Of a stretch of DNA of 64,000 nt, positions 13,266-22,635 are shown piece by piece; position 1 is the first letter of the stretch, and each line of letters starts with the position of its first letter. Below the pieces are notes generated by a model, which was not told the origin of the DNA, ran no database searches, and worked only from the letters and a program-made list of their open reading frames with translations. This DNA is from Azolla caroliniana (taxonomy: Eukaryota > Plantae > Polypodiophyta): NCBI GenBank assembly GCA_043228905.1, contig JBHGNT010000012.1, positions 1,488,001 to 1,552,000 of the forward strand. The letters are read 5' to 3'. A program made the position numbers and the translations under genes.

Positions 13266-13272
13266 GCCGGCT

Positions 13273-16170
13273 TCAGTCTTCCTCCAAATTATCCAGCAAA
13301 CTCCGCTCAGAGGTTTCAAGTGTTGTTTTGCCTGTACCGTCTCCGACTTCCGATTGGATTGGCTGCCTTTCCGCATCTTGCTGCTCCGACTCTGCTTGTA
13401 CCGGTAGTACCGGTGTTTCTTCTGTATCCTGTCCGGGTCTGTCCTGCTCTACCTCCGTTCCGTTCCCGGTATCGCTTTCTCCGGTTTCCACTGGTTGTGT
13501 CCTTTCCTCCCCGGATTCGGTACTTCTCTGTCTCCACTCTGCATCATCCCCGGCATCAACCTGCTCTTGCTCCGGAAGTTCTTCCTCGGGTAATTCTTGT
13601 CGGGGTGCATTGTTGGTTGGGTCCTCTTCAGCCGGTCGCTCGCCCTCACTAATGGAGATCGGCGTTGTGTGTCCCTCGGCTTCCTGTCGCAGTCGCTCCT
13701 TCTCGTACCCTTCCAATTCTAGTTGGGTTTCGAGCTGCCCGTCATCCAACCTCTCTACTAACCCTCGGATTTCCTTGAGATGCTCTTCTGCTAGAGCATA
13801 GAAATCCTCCGACAATTCTTCCCGGATGTTGACGATACTTTCTTCGTCCATTTTATAGAACCCATCTCCGGTTTTCTTCCGATTCTCTGCATCAGCTCGG
13901 AGTGTCTGCAGTTCAGCTGCCTGTTGTGCCCATTCCTTCCAGAGTTTCTCCGTGCTTTCATTTATGCTGGCCTGAGCTCGGGTACTCCAGCTTGACATGA
14001 TGAACTTAATTCGGTCAACCCCTGCTTTAGCCTGTTCCGCAGCTGCTTGTTTTTCCCTCCTTATCCGTTTGATGATGTCTGCCATTAACTGAGTTTGAGC
14101 TTCAGAGTCGACTTTTTGCTTGTCACAGGTACTCCGCCATTTGTTGATTTCGAAAGTCAACTTCACTTTCTCCTCATTCCTGCTCTTCGTCAGCTCCCCT
14201 ACTTTCTGCCGAAGTACTTCCATCTCTTTTCTTTGTTCCGACGTCAAGGTCTTCTCCTCCGACACTTCCTCCCTTGCTTTGGACAATTCCAAGCGGTTTT
14301 CCTTGAGCTGCTCTTTCAGCTTCTCTAACTGTCGGTCGTACGATGCTGCCTGATTCTTGATGTCCGACGTGGCCTGTTTATAATCCTTACACAGTCGGTC
14401 GAATTCCTCCGTCTTCTGTTTTAGGCGTCGGTTCGCCTGATCTCGCAACCGATCATCCCGGTCCTTTTGTTGTCGGAGTTCCTCTCGCAACCGCTCAATT
14501 TCCTGCTCCATTCGTCGGCGCAGCCTATCTTTTTCCTTTTGCAGTGTCCCGTATTCTTCTTGTAGTCGGTCATTGGTGGCTTTGCTTCGGCGAAGGCCTT
14601 CCTCCATTCGCCGTCTGTCGTCTTCTACCAACTTCCGCTGCTCTCTTTCGTTATCTCTCAATGCCTCCTGAGCCTGTAATTCTTCTTTCAAAGTTGCTAT
14701 TAACTTCTCGGTCTCAGGGCCGGTTTGCAAGGCCTTCTCCGATTCTGGTTCGGCTTGCTTTTCTGATGTCCCGACCGGCTCGGTGCCATCTTGTGCTTGT
14801 CGGCTGCCTTCTTTTGCCTGTGCTAGCTCTTCTTGCAGCTCATGTAATTGTGCCCGGAGCATGACCATATCCTTAGTCGTCGTCCTAGTCACTTCTTCTC
14901 TTTGCTCCTCCTCTTTCTCCATCTGGTCTGCTACTCCCGACAACTGCCCTGACACCCACCTTAGCCACTGTGCCTTTGTTCTGCCTTCGTTGGTGTGAGC
15001 AGGCGTACCTAGCTCCGACTGTTTTTCCGGCCTCTTCTCTTGCTCCGGCGCTTGTTCCTTCCTTGGTTCTTCGAACTCCGCCGCCGTCGGTTCCGGTACT
15101 GCCGTCTTTGGTGCAGACGAACCTTCATCCTGTGTCGCTTCTGTTCCGGTTACTGGTTCTTCCGCCCGTTGTTGAGTTCCGACCGCTGTTGGGGTCGGTC
15201 TTGTCGCCCGTTTCTCCTTTCCTTGCCTGGGTGGTAGTATTAACATCGGTTCAGATGACTCTTCCTCTGTTTCGGCGTCCTCCGTCGCTGCGACTATCGG
15301 TTCCTTTACTGGTACCGGTTCCGATTCGAGCGTTACTGGTTCGGTATCGGTTTGCCTCTTGCTGGTTTTCTTCGCCAGCTTCTCCTTGCCTTTCTCCGCC
15401 TTTTTCTTCTTCGTGGTCGGTTGCTGTTGCTGTTTCTGTGGCTGTCGTGATGGGCCTTCCTCCCGTTGCTGTCGGGAGGAGTCTTCTTCCCGCGGTTGTC
15501 GAGATGAGCCTTCTTTCCGCGGCTGTCGGGACGATCCTTCTTCCCGCGGCGCTTCTTCTTCCTGTGTCCATCCTGGGGTGTGTTTCTCTAGTATTCGTCG
15601 GCGTTTCATGGTTTGCTTCGGGGTAGTCTCCTGCCGACTTCTTTGCTTGTGCTTGATGGGGGACACCGGTGGGACCAACACGGTTAACCATTGGGATATT
15701 CCGGACCATGGCTTCTTCCCTTCCACCAAGTGCTTGATCGCCTCTTGCAGTCCTTCGGTGATGAAGTGGAGCCAGTTCACCTGCAGGCCTTCGAATGTCG
15801 CGGCGACGATCGCTGCTCGGTATTTGGCTATGGCTGCCGGACGAGGGTTCACGAACCCATACTCCATCAGGGCGCGGGCCACCTCTCCGAACAGCCGGTT
15901 CTCTCCGCCCTGTGTGCGATACGCCTTGCTGCTGAGGGAATATTCGCCGAAATACTCGAAGAATATTTGGCTCGAGGGTAGCTCTATTGTTTGAAGTCCT
16001 CCCTCCGAAATCCCTGTGAGTGCTTGTACCGCTCCTTCAGTGACCTCTGCTAAGTCCACCGCTGTTGCCGCCTGCTCTGGTTCCTTGTGTGGTGGAGCGT
16101 CAGCGACCCGCAGCAGCCCTCCTAATCCGTTCTCTGTCAGCCATTGGCGCGCTTCTTCCGACAGTGCCAT
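13273..16170 (-). CDS. Extra 3' ORF (~965 aa from ATG 16170; frame open from 16380): globular N-terminal domain, low-complexity linker, long coiled coil, acidic tail
   Basis: Uninterrupted ORF in the same sense as pol. The N-terminal block (..GLQVNWLHFITEGL..) resembles plant-transposon accessory domains (PMD/Transposase_32-like, tentative). An E/K/Q/R heptad-rich stretch spans about 400 aa. Confidence 0.85.
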   Translation of the reverse strand: MALSEEARQWLTENGLGGLLRVADAPPHKEPEQAATAVDLAEVTEGAVQALTGISEGGLQTIELPSSQIFFEYFGEYSLSSKAYRTQGGENRLFGEVARALMEYGFVNPRPAAIAKYRAAIVAATFEGLQVNWLHFITEGLQEAIKHLVEGKKPWSGISQWLTVLVPPVSPIKHKQRSRQETTPKQTMKRRRILEKHTPGWTQEEEAPREEGSSRQPRKEGSSRQPREEDSSRQQREEGPSRQPQKQQQQPTTKKKKAEKGKEKLAKKTSKRQTDTEPVTLESEPVPVKEPIVAATEDAETEEESSEPMLILPPRQGKEKRATRPTPTAVGTQQRAEEPVTGTEATQDEGSSAPKTAVPEPTAAEFEEPRKEQAPEQEKRPEKQSELGTPAHTNEGRTKAQWLRWVSGQLSGVADQMEKEEEQREEVTRTTTKDMVMLRAQLHELQEELAQAKEGSRQAQDGTEPVGTSEKQAEPESEKALQTGPETEKLIATLKEELQAQEALRDNEREQRKLVEDDRRRMEEGLRRSKATNDRLQEEYGTLQKEKDRLRRRMEQEIERLREELRQQKDRDDRLRDQANRRLKQKTEEFDRLCKDYKQATSDIKNQAASYDRQLEKLKEQLKENRLELSKAREEVSEEKTLTSEQRKEMEVLRQKVGELTKSRNEEKVKLTFEINKWRSTCDKQKVDSEAQTQLMADIIKRIRREKQAAAEQAKAGVDRIKFIMSSWSTRAQASINESTEKLWKEWAQQAAELQTLRADAENRKKTGDGFYKMDEESIVNIREELSEDFYALAEEHLKEIRGLVERLDDGQLETQLELEGYEKERLRQEAEGHTTPISISEGERPAEEDPTNNAPRQELPEEELPEQEQVDAGDDAEWRQRSTESGEERTQPVETGESDTGNGTEVEQDRPGQDTEETPVLPVQAESEQQDAERQPIQSEVGDGTGKTTLETSERSLLDNLEED

Positions 16171-16305
16171 CGCTTCTTCTTCCTCTGCTGCTGCCTGTGG
16201 TCTGAGCTCGGGGTTTGAGTGTTCTGCGCGTCGGATCTCGCTATCTTGAGCCTGCGTTTGCTTGTGGGAAAATTCGTAAAAAGTGAACCCTTCTCCGGTT
16301 CTTCC

Positions 16306-16620
16306 TTTATATAGTGGCGTTTCCCTTGACCCGCTTTTTCCTCTTTTTCGCGCGTGCGTATCTTCTGCCATAATTAGCATGTCACTCTTTAATTTTTGGC
16401 GTCTGCACGTCCTCTGCCTCGAATAGCATGTCCTATTTTTGGCGCCTGCGCATGCTCTGTCATAAATAGCATGTCTGTCCTTTGCTGCCGCGTGTCATGC
16501 CTGCGCTTTTTTGCCGCGTGTGTCGAATCTCCTACGTGTCTGTCATTATGACTCCTTGATTGCCGCGCGTGTTAAATCTTGTACATCGGCCACCCACGTT
16601 CTGTGCTTTAAATAGCTCGT
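16306..16620 (-). promoter_or_regulatory. Putative internal promoter of the extra ORF
   Basis: TATATAAA at 16313-16306, ~140 nt before the ATG. Upstream are repeated GCCGCG(T/C)G, ACGT-core and ATAGCATGTC motifs. Confidence 0.5.
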
Positions 16621-16713
16621 GCACCCGTGTGACGGTTGTAACTACCTCCTTCATCATAACCATGATTTTCTTGATCTTCTTGTCTTGACTTTTCTACCCG
16701 TAGCTCCACGTCA

Positions 16714-16810
16714 TTTTTTTTTTTTTTTTTTTTTTTTTAATTTTTTAATTTTTTTTTTTTTAATTTTTTTTTTTTTTTTTATTTTTATTTTTTTTTATTT
16801 TTTTTAATTT
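16714..16810. repeat. ~95-nt poly(T) tract (poly(A) on the element sense strand) right after the pol stop
   Basis: Seen directly. Confidence 0.95.
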
Positions 16811-16826
16811 ATGATCATATGCCGCA

Positions 16827-19800
16827 TCATTGTTCGGTTCCCCCCGATGTGTTCGGGTCGGTGCGTACTGTTGTCGGTTCCTCGTCGTTGTTACGCGTCG
16901 CTGTCGGTTTCTCGCCATTCGGGTTTTCCGGGTCTTGCTTGAAGGGGTTAGCTGGCATGTGCCCCTTATACGGTTTTAGGCGAAACCCATTTGCCCATTT
17001 GCCCACAACTTCTCCTGACAACGTCCCGAGCTGGTAAGACCCATTGTACTCCTTTGTGATCCAGAATGGTCCGGTCCACCGAAATCGCAATTTCCCTGGC
17101 ATGCTCCCCATCCTTGTCTGGAACAGTAATACGGGTTTCCCGACCTCGAATTCCTTTTCGTTACCGCGCCGATGTCGGTCTACAAAGGCTTTCCTCCTCC
17201 TTTGCTCTAGTTCTAGCTGTAGCAGGCTGGCTATTCGATTTTCTTCCAGTTCTAACAGCATCTTCAGCTGGATTCGTTCCGATTCCTTCTCGCTTAACCG
17301 CTCCTTAACCTGTATTCTTAAGCTAGGAATTTGGAATTCTACTGGCATGACTGCTTCCAAGCCGAATGCCAGTCGGAACGGGGTCGTCCGGATGCTAGTC
17401 TTGTACGCCGTTCGGTACGCCCACAGCACGCTCTGCAACTTCGTGTCCCAGTCGGTCCGGTTCTCATTGATGATTTTTCTAAGGATGTTCTGTAGCGTTT
17501 TATTCGTTGATTCCGCTAATCCGTTGGCTTGAGGGTAGTAGGGAGTGCTTCGTTTGTGTACTACCGCATAGAATGAGGTCAAACTTTCCACCACCTGCCC
17601 GAGAAAATGTCCTCCCTGGTCACTGATCAGCTCAATCGGGCATCCGTACCGACACCATATGCATTCATATAAAAATTTGGCCGTGGATGCCGCCGTGTTG
17701 TCCCGTAGTGCCTTTGCTTCTACCCATTTGGTGCAGTAGTCGGTAGCCACTATTATATACCGATTTCCGGTCCGCATTGCCGGTGGCTTAAAGGGGCCGA
17801 CAAAGTCCAAGCCCCACTTTTGGAATGGTTCTAATGGCAAGACCGGGTGATGTGGCATCCGGGCCTGCTCCGTGGGTTGGCCCAGTCGTTGACACAGGTC
17901 GCATTCCCTGCTATACTTAACGGCATCTCTCATGGTAGTCGGCCACCATAGTCCGCTCTGCCATATCTTCCGGGCTGTTGTTTCGCCGGCATAATGCCCG
18001 CCTGCAATTCCACAGTGGGCTTCCCTCAGGATCAGATCCTTTTCATCGCTCCGCACTGCTCGCCTCCATACGCCATCTGCCCCCTTGTGATAGAGGGTGT
18101 CTCCTACCAAGCAGAAATGTCTGCTCCGTACTGCCATCCTTTTCCGTTCGTCTCGGTCCAGGTTTTCCGGGGGAACTCCGGTGCTCAGGAACTGATGCAT
18201 TTCGGTTAACCATTTGTCTTCGTCCGCTACTGTGGTCTCCGTTGCAGGTGCCGTCGTGACCTTAAACAGCTCGGCGTCGGGAAATTCGTCCTGTACGCCG
18301 TCCCCTGATTCTCCGGATTCTAGTCTGCTCAGGTAGTCTGCTACCGCATGCTGCACCCCGGGTCGGTGGAAAATGTCGAATTCGAATTCCTGTAATAGCA
18401 GCGTCCACCGTGCGAGTTTTCCTGTCAGGGCTGCCTTTGAGACCAGGTAGAGTAGTGCCGAGTGGTCAACGTGGAAGGAGAACTTCCGTCCGAGCAGATA
18501 GTGCCTGTACTTTGTGACGCTGTACACCATTCCTAATGCCTCTCGTTCCGTTGTAGAGTAGTTCCGTTCGTCTTTCGAGAGTTTCCTGCTTGCGTAGTAC
18601 ACCGGCCGATACCATTTCGGTTCCGTGAGTTGCATCAAAACACTGCCGATTGCTACGTCCGACGCGTCGACGAAGACGTGAAAGCTTTTACTCCAGTCCG
18701 GTGGCTGCACCACCGGAGCTTGTGACAGCATTACCTTCAACGCTTGGTAGGCTTTCTCCTCCGTTTCTGTCCATTGGAAAGGTACTCTATGTACAGCAGC
18801 GTGCAATGGTGTCGCAAAGTCGGCAAGGTGCCGTATCATCCGACTATGCCACCTTATTTGACCAAGGAATCGGCTTAAAGCCTTTGCGTTATTCGGTGCC
18901 GGTGCGTCGAGAATTGCTTTTACCTTATCCGGATCTACCGCGATCCCTTCCCGACTCACCACGTGGCCTAACAAGTTGCCGCTTGCGACTCCAAAGACGC
19001 ACTTAGCCGGGTTCAGACTTAATCGGTACTCGCGGCACTTTTCTAAGCATAGTCGTAGGTGATCGCGATGTTCTCCGTGTCGGCTGTAGACGGCGAAATC
19101 GTCTAGGAAGACCTGCATAAAACCGGGAATAAAATCACCGAAGATTTCCATAATTATCCTTTGAAATGTTGCCGGGGCTGTCTTTAATCCGAACATCATC
19201 ACGACCGCGACGAACACTCCCCATTCCGTCACGAACGCTGTTTTCTCTTGGTCGGCCGGGTTCATTCGGATTTGGTTGTAGCCGCTGAATCCGTCCAGGA
19301 AGCTGTAAACTTCGTGGCCGGCCACCGCATCTAGCACTCCGTCCGTGAATGGTAGTGGAAAAGCGTCGGTTACTGTCGCGGCATTTAGTTTCCTGTAGTC
19401 CACACATACCCGGATTTTGCCGTTCTTTTTCGGGACCACCACTATCGGGCTTAGCCAGGTTGCCTGCTTGACTGGTCGGATAAATCCGACCCGGAGAAGC
19501 TTGTCAATTTCCTCCTTCACCTTTGCCGCATAGTTTGGATTCATCCGGTACCGACGTTGAGCGATGGGTTTCGCGTCAGTACTTAGATGAATTTGGTGCT
19601 GGTAGAGCTGGGGGTCCAACCCTCGCATGTCTTCGTATGACCATGCGAAGACGTCCTTGAAGTCCGTTAACAGTGCTACCATGGCCTGTTTTTCCTCCTT
19701 CGGCAATTCCTTCGCGACTTTTACCGGTCGGGGTTGTTCTGTTGTGCCGAGGTCCACCTCTTCCAGCTGGGATGCTTTCACCCTTTGAGATATCGTCATT

Positions 19801-20318
19801 TCTCTTTCTAGGGCTTCCTGTGCTTGGCGTAGTTCCCGGATCGCCACTTTGTCCGGCTCGTCCGGCATTGTGATGTAGGGCTCTACTGCTGCAGTGATAT
19901 CCACCTCAAAAAGTGGGACGATCTGTGGGTGTTCCTCGAGGTACCGATCAACTTCCTCATCCGGTAAGCCCTCCAACATGTTGATACTTTCGGCATATAA
20001 AGGGGTTGCCTCCTTGCTAGTGAGCACCCGTGGTTGCGTGGCTACCCGTATCTTTGTTTTCCCTCGTCGGAACGTGATCATATTCTTTTGCCAGTTTTGC
20101 TTGATATGCGCCGTTCGCAGCCATGGTCGTCCTAACAGTAAGGGATATGCGCCTTGTACATTCAGCTCTAGTACCACGGCCGATATTCGGAATACGTGGC
20201 CTCCTATTGTTACTTCCAAGTCCCGGATAAGACCAGTTGGTCGGACTGAGCTTGTATCCGCCATGCGTAACCAGAAGGGGCATGGTTCCCACTCCTGGAT
20301 GCCTAGGTCGTCGCATGT
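16827..20318 (-). CDS. pol: Gypsy Pol (C-terminal PR, RT, RNase H, integrase)
   Basis: RT LDGFSGYNQI and VFLDD; RH VDASD and NYSTTEREAL; IN HCGIAGGH..CDLC and GLDFVGP. In frame with gag across a single TAG at 20319-20321. Confidence 0.95.
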   Translation of the reverse strand, partial: TCDDLGIQEWEPCPFWLRMADTSSVRPTGLIRDLEVTIGGHVFRISAVVLELNVQGAYPLLLGRPWLRTAHIKQNWQKNMITFRRGKTKIRVATQPRVLTSKEATPLYAESINMLEGLPDEEVDRYLEEHPQIVPLFEVDITAAVEPYITMPDEPDKVAIRELRQAQEALEREMTISQRVKASQLEEVDLGTTEQPRPVKVAKELPKEEKQAMVALLTDFKDVFAWSYEDMRGLDPQLYQHQIHLSTDAKPIAQRRYRMNPNYAAKVKEEIDKLLRVGFIRPVKQATWLSPIVVVPKKNGKIRVCVDYRKLNAATVTDAFPLPFTDGVLDAVAGHEVYSFLDGFSGYNQIRMNPADQEKTAFVTEWGVFVAVVMMFGLKTAPATFQRIIMEIFGDFIPGFMQVFLDDFAVYSRHGEHRDHLRLCLEKCREYRLSLNPAKCVFGVASGNLLGHVVSREGIAVDPDKVKAILDAPAPNNAKALSRFLGQIRWHSRMIRHLADFATPLHAAVHRVPFQWTETEEKAYQALKVMLSQAPVVQPPDWSKSFHVFVDASDVAIGSVLMQLTEPKWYRPVYYASRKLSKDERNYSTTEREALGMVYSVTKYRHYLLGRKFSFHVDHSALLYLVSKAALTGKLARWTLLLQEFEFDIFHRPGVQHAVADYLSRLESGESGDGVQDEFPDAELFKVTTAPATETTVADEDKWLTEMHQFLSTGVPPENLDRDERKRMAVRSRHFCLVGDTLYHKGADGVWRRAVRSDEKDLILREAHCGIAGGHYAGETTARKIWQSGLWWPTTMRDAVKYSRECDLCQRLGQPTEQARMPHHPVLPLEPFQKWGLDFVGPFKPPAMRTGNRYIIVATDYCTKWVEAKALRDNTAASTAKFLYECIWCRYGCPIELISDQGGHFLGQVVESLTSFYAVVHKRSTPYYPQANGLAESTNKTLQNILRKIINENRTDWDTKLQSVLWAYRTAYKTSIRTTPFRLAFGLEAVMPVEFQIPSLRIQVKERLSEKESERIQLKMLLELEENRIASLLQLELEQRRRKAFVDRHRRGNEKEFEVGKPVLLFQTRMGSMPGKLRFRWTGPFWITKEYNGSYQLGTLSGEVVGKWANGFRLKPYKGHMPANPFKQDPENPNGEKPTATRNNDEEPTTVRTDPNTSGGTEQ

Positions 20319-22583
20319 CTATAGACTAATGACGTTCACCCCGGAGCCTCCGTCAATAATTGTTCCTGGGATCTCCTTTCCTTTGACGATTGTCGTTATT
20401 GCTGGGCTACTGGTATCAACCACCGCTGGGCCTTCCTCCGGGTTGGAGAAAAATGCCGGTGCTGGCGTCGGCGTCGGTTTGCTCACGGCGGCTTGTAAGT
20501 CCGCTGTAAACCGCGGCACCAACTGCAGTAACCGTGCCAACGGCAGCATGATCTGACAATCTTGTAGTGCTTGCCATGTCGGGTTTTCTCCTGGCTGTAC
20601 GATTTCTTCCTCCCTTGGCATATTTTGGTTTCTTACTTCCGCCGCACCTTGTTCGTTGGCTTCTTTGATCCATTGTGCCGCTTGTTTTCTGATTGCTTCC
20701 TGGGCTTCCCATTCGGCGGCCTTCCCCTTCGACCGCGTGGTAACCTGCTGTACTTCGGCTGTCACCATGTTGACTGCTGGCTGCTTGTCGGCTGTTTTGC
20801 TTGGGCATTGATTACTGTAATGCCCTTCTTTTCGGCAGTAATAACAGTACACCCTGTGCGTGTTGCTGGATTCTCCTTTTTCCCATGTTTGGGGCAGGGG
20901 CATTCCCCGGCTGTTGTCCTCGGTTTTTCGGTTCTCCGGTGCCGCTACTGGTTTGTCATTCCTCGTTGCCTCCCGACGCTCCTCTCTACGGAAGAATCCA
21001 CGCCTTTGGTTCCGTCGGAAATTCCGGTTCCCTGGCCGCCTGTCTTCTCTGCGTCGCTCGTTTTCCGGGGATTCGTCTCGGTCGTACCGGTCCCGGGGGT
21101 AGCTATCCCTTCGGTTCTCCTCTCGGTCGTACCGGTCCCGGGGGTAGCTATCCCTTCGGTTCTCTTCTCGGTCATAGCTGTCGCGTCTTCTATCGGGGTA
21201 TCTGTCGCCGCGTTCTCGTCGGTAGCGGTCGTCCCTCCGGAATCGATCGTCCTCCGGGTCCCGATTGCGCGGTTCTATGTGTCGGACCGGTGCCGCTTGT
21301 CGAGTTAACAGGTTATACTCGCATCGGTTCGTTGTGTGGGCGCGAGAATTGCATATCATGCACTGTGTACGCAGGGTGCAGTCGACGGTCGAGTGCCCCG
21401 AATTTAGGCATGTTGTGCATTGTAGGGCTTGTCGGAACCGGAGGTCCTCCTCCTTCGGAAGCGCCTGGTGTAACGCCCCCATCGGCAAGAAGGGGCTCGT
21501 GTTGTCCATTTCCAGGACCCGATCAATGACTTGGTCCATTGTGCTGGTGCTGAAATCGAGGATTCCACACATCGCTCGAAGTGGGTCTTTTAACGCAGCC
21601 AAAAAGACTGCCTTGGCCTCCTCTTCGGGTGGTGCTCTTGCCAATTGACTGTGCAAGGTCTGGAAACGAATGATAAATTGTGGGACCGTCTCGTTTTCTC
21701 CCTGCCGAGTGGTGTAGAATTGTCCGACCAATTCCCTTTGTTCCACTCGTCTATGGAACAAGCGTAAAAACTGGGTTTTCAATGCCTCGAACGTGGCGAA
21801 GCTGCCTGGTAAGTGCTTGTCGTGCCACCGGGCCGCCGATCCTTCTAATGTCATGCCGAATTCGGCGATTTTGGATCGGTCGGCCTCGGGCTCCGTCAGT
21901 CTCTGGGACACGTGGTTGGCTTCCCATGTTCGCAGGAATGCATACACATGTGCCTCTCCGTCGGGCTCATCCCGATACTTTGGGTACGGATACGGCATCG
22001 TGTCGTCCCACTGATTCTCCTGCGCTGGTTCCTCCGATGTCGGTCTCCGCTCCTGCGGTTCCTCCGCGGGTGGTGTTGGTATCCGCTCCTGCGGTTCCTC
22101 CGCGGGTGGTGTTGATAACCGCTCCTGCGGTTCCTCCGCGGGTGGTGTCTGTATCCGCTCCTCCCTCCTCGGCGATTGCCGATCACCGAACTCCAGAGTT
22201 ATTTCCTCCTCTGGCTCCGATGTTGCTGAGCGATCCGACTCAAAGGGATTGTTCTCGTGGCTGCTTTTGTAGCGGGATCCCACGCTTTCCCCGCTATCCG
22301 AATCCGCCTCCAATGTTGCAAATGCCGTTGCGTCCTCGTTGCCGCCAGCGAGAGTCTGTAGTAGTGTCTCCGCTTCTTGGAGGCTGGTTATGCTACTGCC
22401 TTCGTCGGAAGCTTGTAGAACCTGGAACTGCAGTGCGCCTTCTGCGATTTGCCGAAGCGTTTTTGAGAATGACCGATCGCGCCGGATCTCGTCGACGGCT
22501 TGCTGCAGGGCTTCCCGTCGTCGCTGCCGTTCGGCGTGGCGTCTCCCTCTTTCGGTGATGTGGTCGTTATTTTGTCTAGACAT
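20319..22583 (-). CDS. gag: Gypsy Gag plus N-terminal protease half
   Basis: Retrotrans_gag-like core (TLEGSAARWH..FLRLF), three CCHC knuckles and the PR motif IIDGGSGVNVI. ATG at 22583, just after the PBS. Confidence 0.92.
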   Translation of the reverse strand: MSRQNNDHITERGRRHAERQRRREALQQAVDEIRRDRSFSKTLRQIAEGALQFQVLQASDEGSSITSLQEAETLLQTLAGGNEDATAFATLEADSDSGESVGSRYKSSHENNPFESDRSATSEPEEEITLEFGDRQSPRREERIQTPPAEEPQERLSTPPAEEPQERIPTPPAEEPQERRPTSEEPAQENQWDDTMPYPYPKYRDEPDGEAHVYAFLRTWEANHVSQRLTEPEADRSKIAEFGMTLEGSAARWHDKHLPGSFATFEALKTQFLRLFHRRVEQRELVGQFYTTRQGENETVPQFIIRFQTLHSQLARAPPEEEAKAVFLAALKDPLRAMCGILDFSTSTMDQVIDRVLEMDNTSPFLPMGALHQALPKEEDLRFRQALQCTTCLNSGHSTVDCTLRTQCMICNSRAHTTNRCEYNLLTRQAAPVRHIEPRNRDPEDDRFRRDDRYRRERGDRYPDRRRDSYDREENRRDSYPRDRYDREENRRDSYPRDRYDRDESPENERRREDRRPGNRNFRRNQRRGFFRREERREATRNDKPVAAPENRKTEDNSRGMPLPQTWEKGESSNTHRVYCYYCRKEGHYSNQCPSKTADKQPAVNMVTAEVQQVTTRSKGKAAEWEAQEAIRKQAAQWIKEANEQGAAEVRNQNMPREEEIVQPGENPTWQALQDCQIMLPLARLLQLVPRFTADLQAAVSKPTPTPAPAFFSNPEEGPAVVDTSSPAITTIVKGKEIPGTIIDGGSGVNVISL

Positions 22584-22619
22584 CCATCCCCCGGTTGTCC
22601 TCTGCACTCTGCAGGAATC

Positions 22620-22629
22620 GTGGTCGCCA
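22620..22629 (-). other. Primer-binding site, tRNA-Arg type (TGGCGACCAC)
   Basis: 6 nt downstream of the 5' LTR. Complementary to a tRNA 3' end ...GUGGUCGCCA (Arg-UCG, from memory). Confidence 0.8.
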
Positions 22630-22635
22630 AAATAG

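Noticed and set aside
13273-16380. Retroviral env, or a host myosin/SMC gene
   Set aside because: No signal peptide, transmembrane segment, motor or ATPase motif; it lies between the LTRs without introns.
20571-22558. Long plus-strand ORFs antisense to gag
   Set aside because: Shadow ORFs of GC-rich repetitive coding sequence; no independent evidence.
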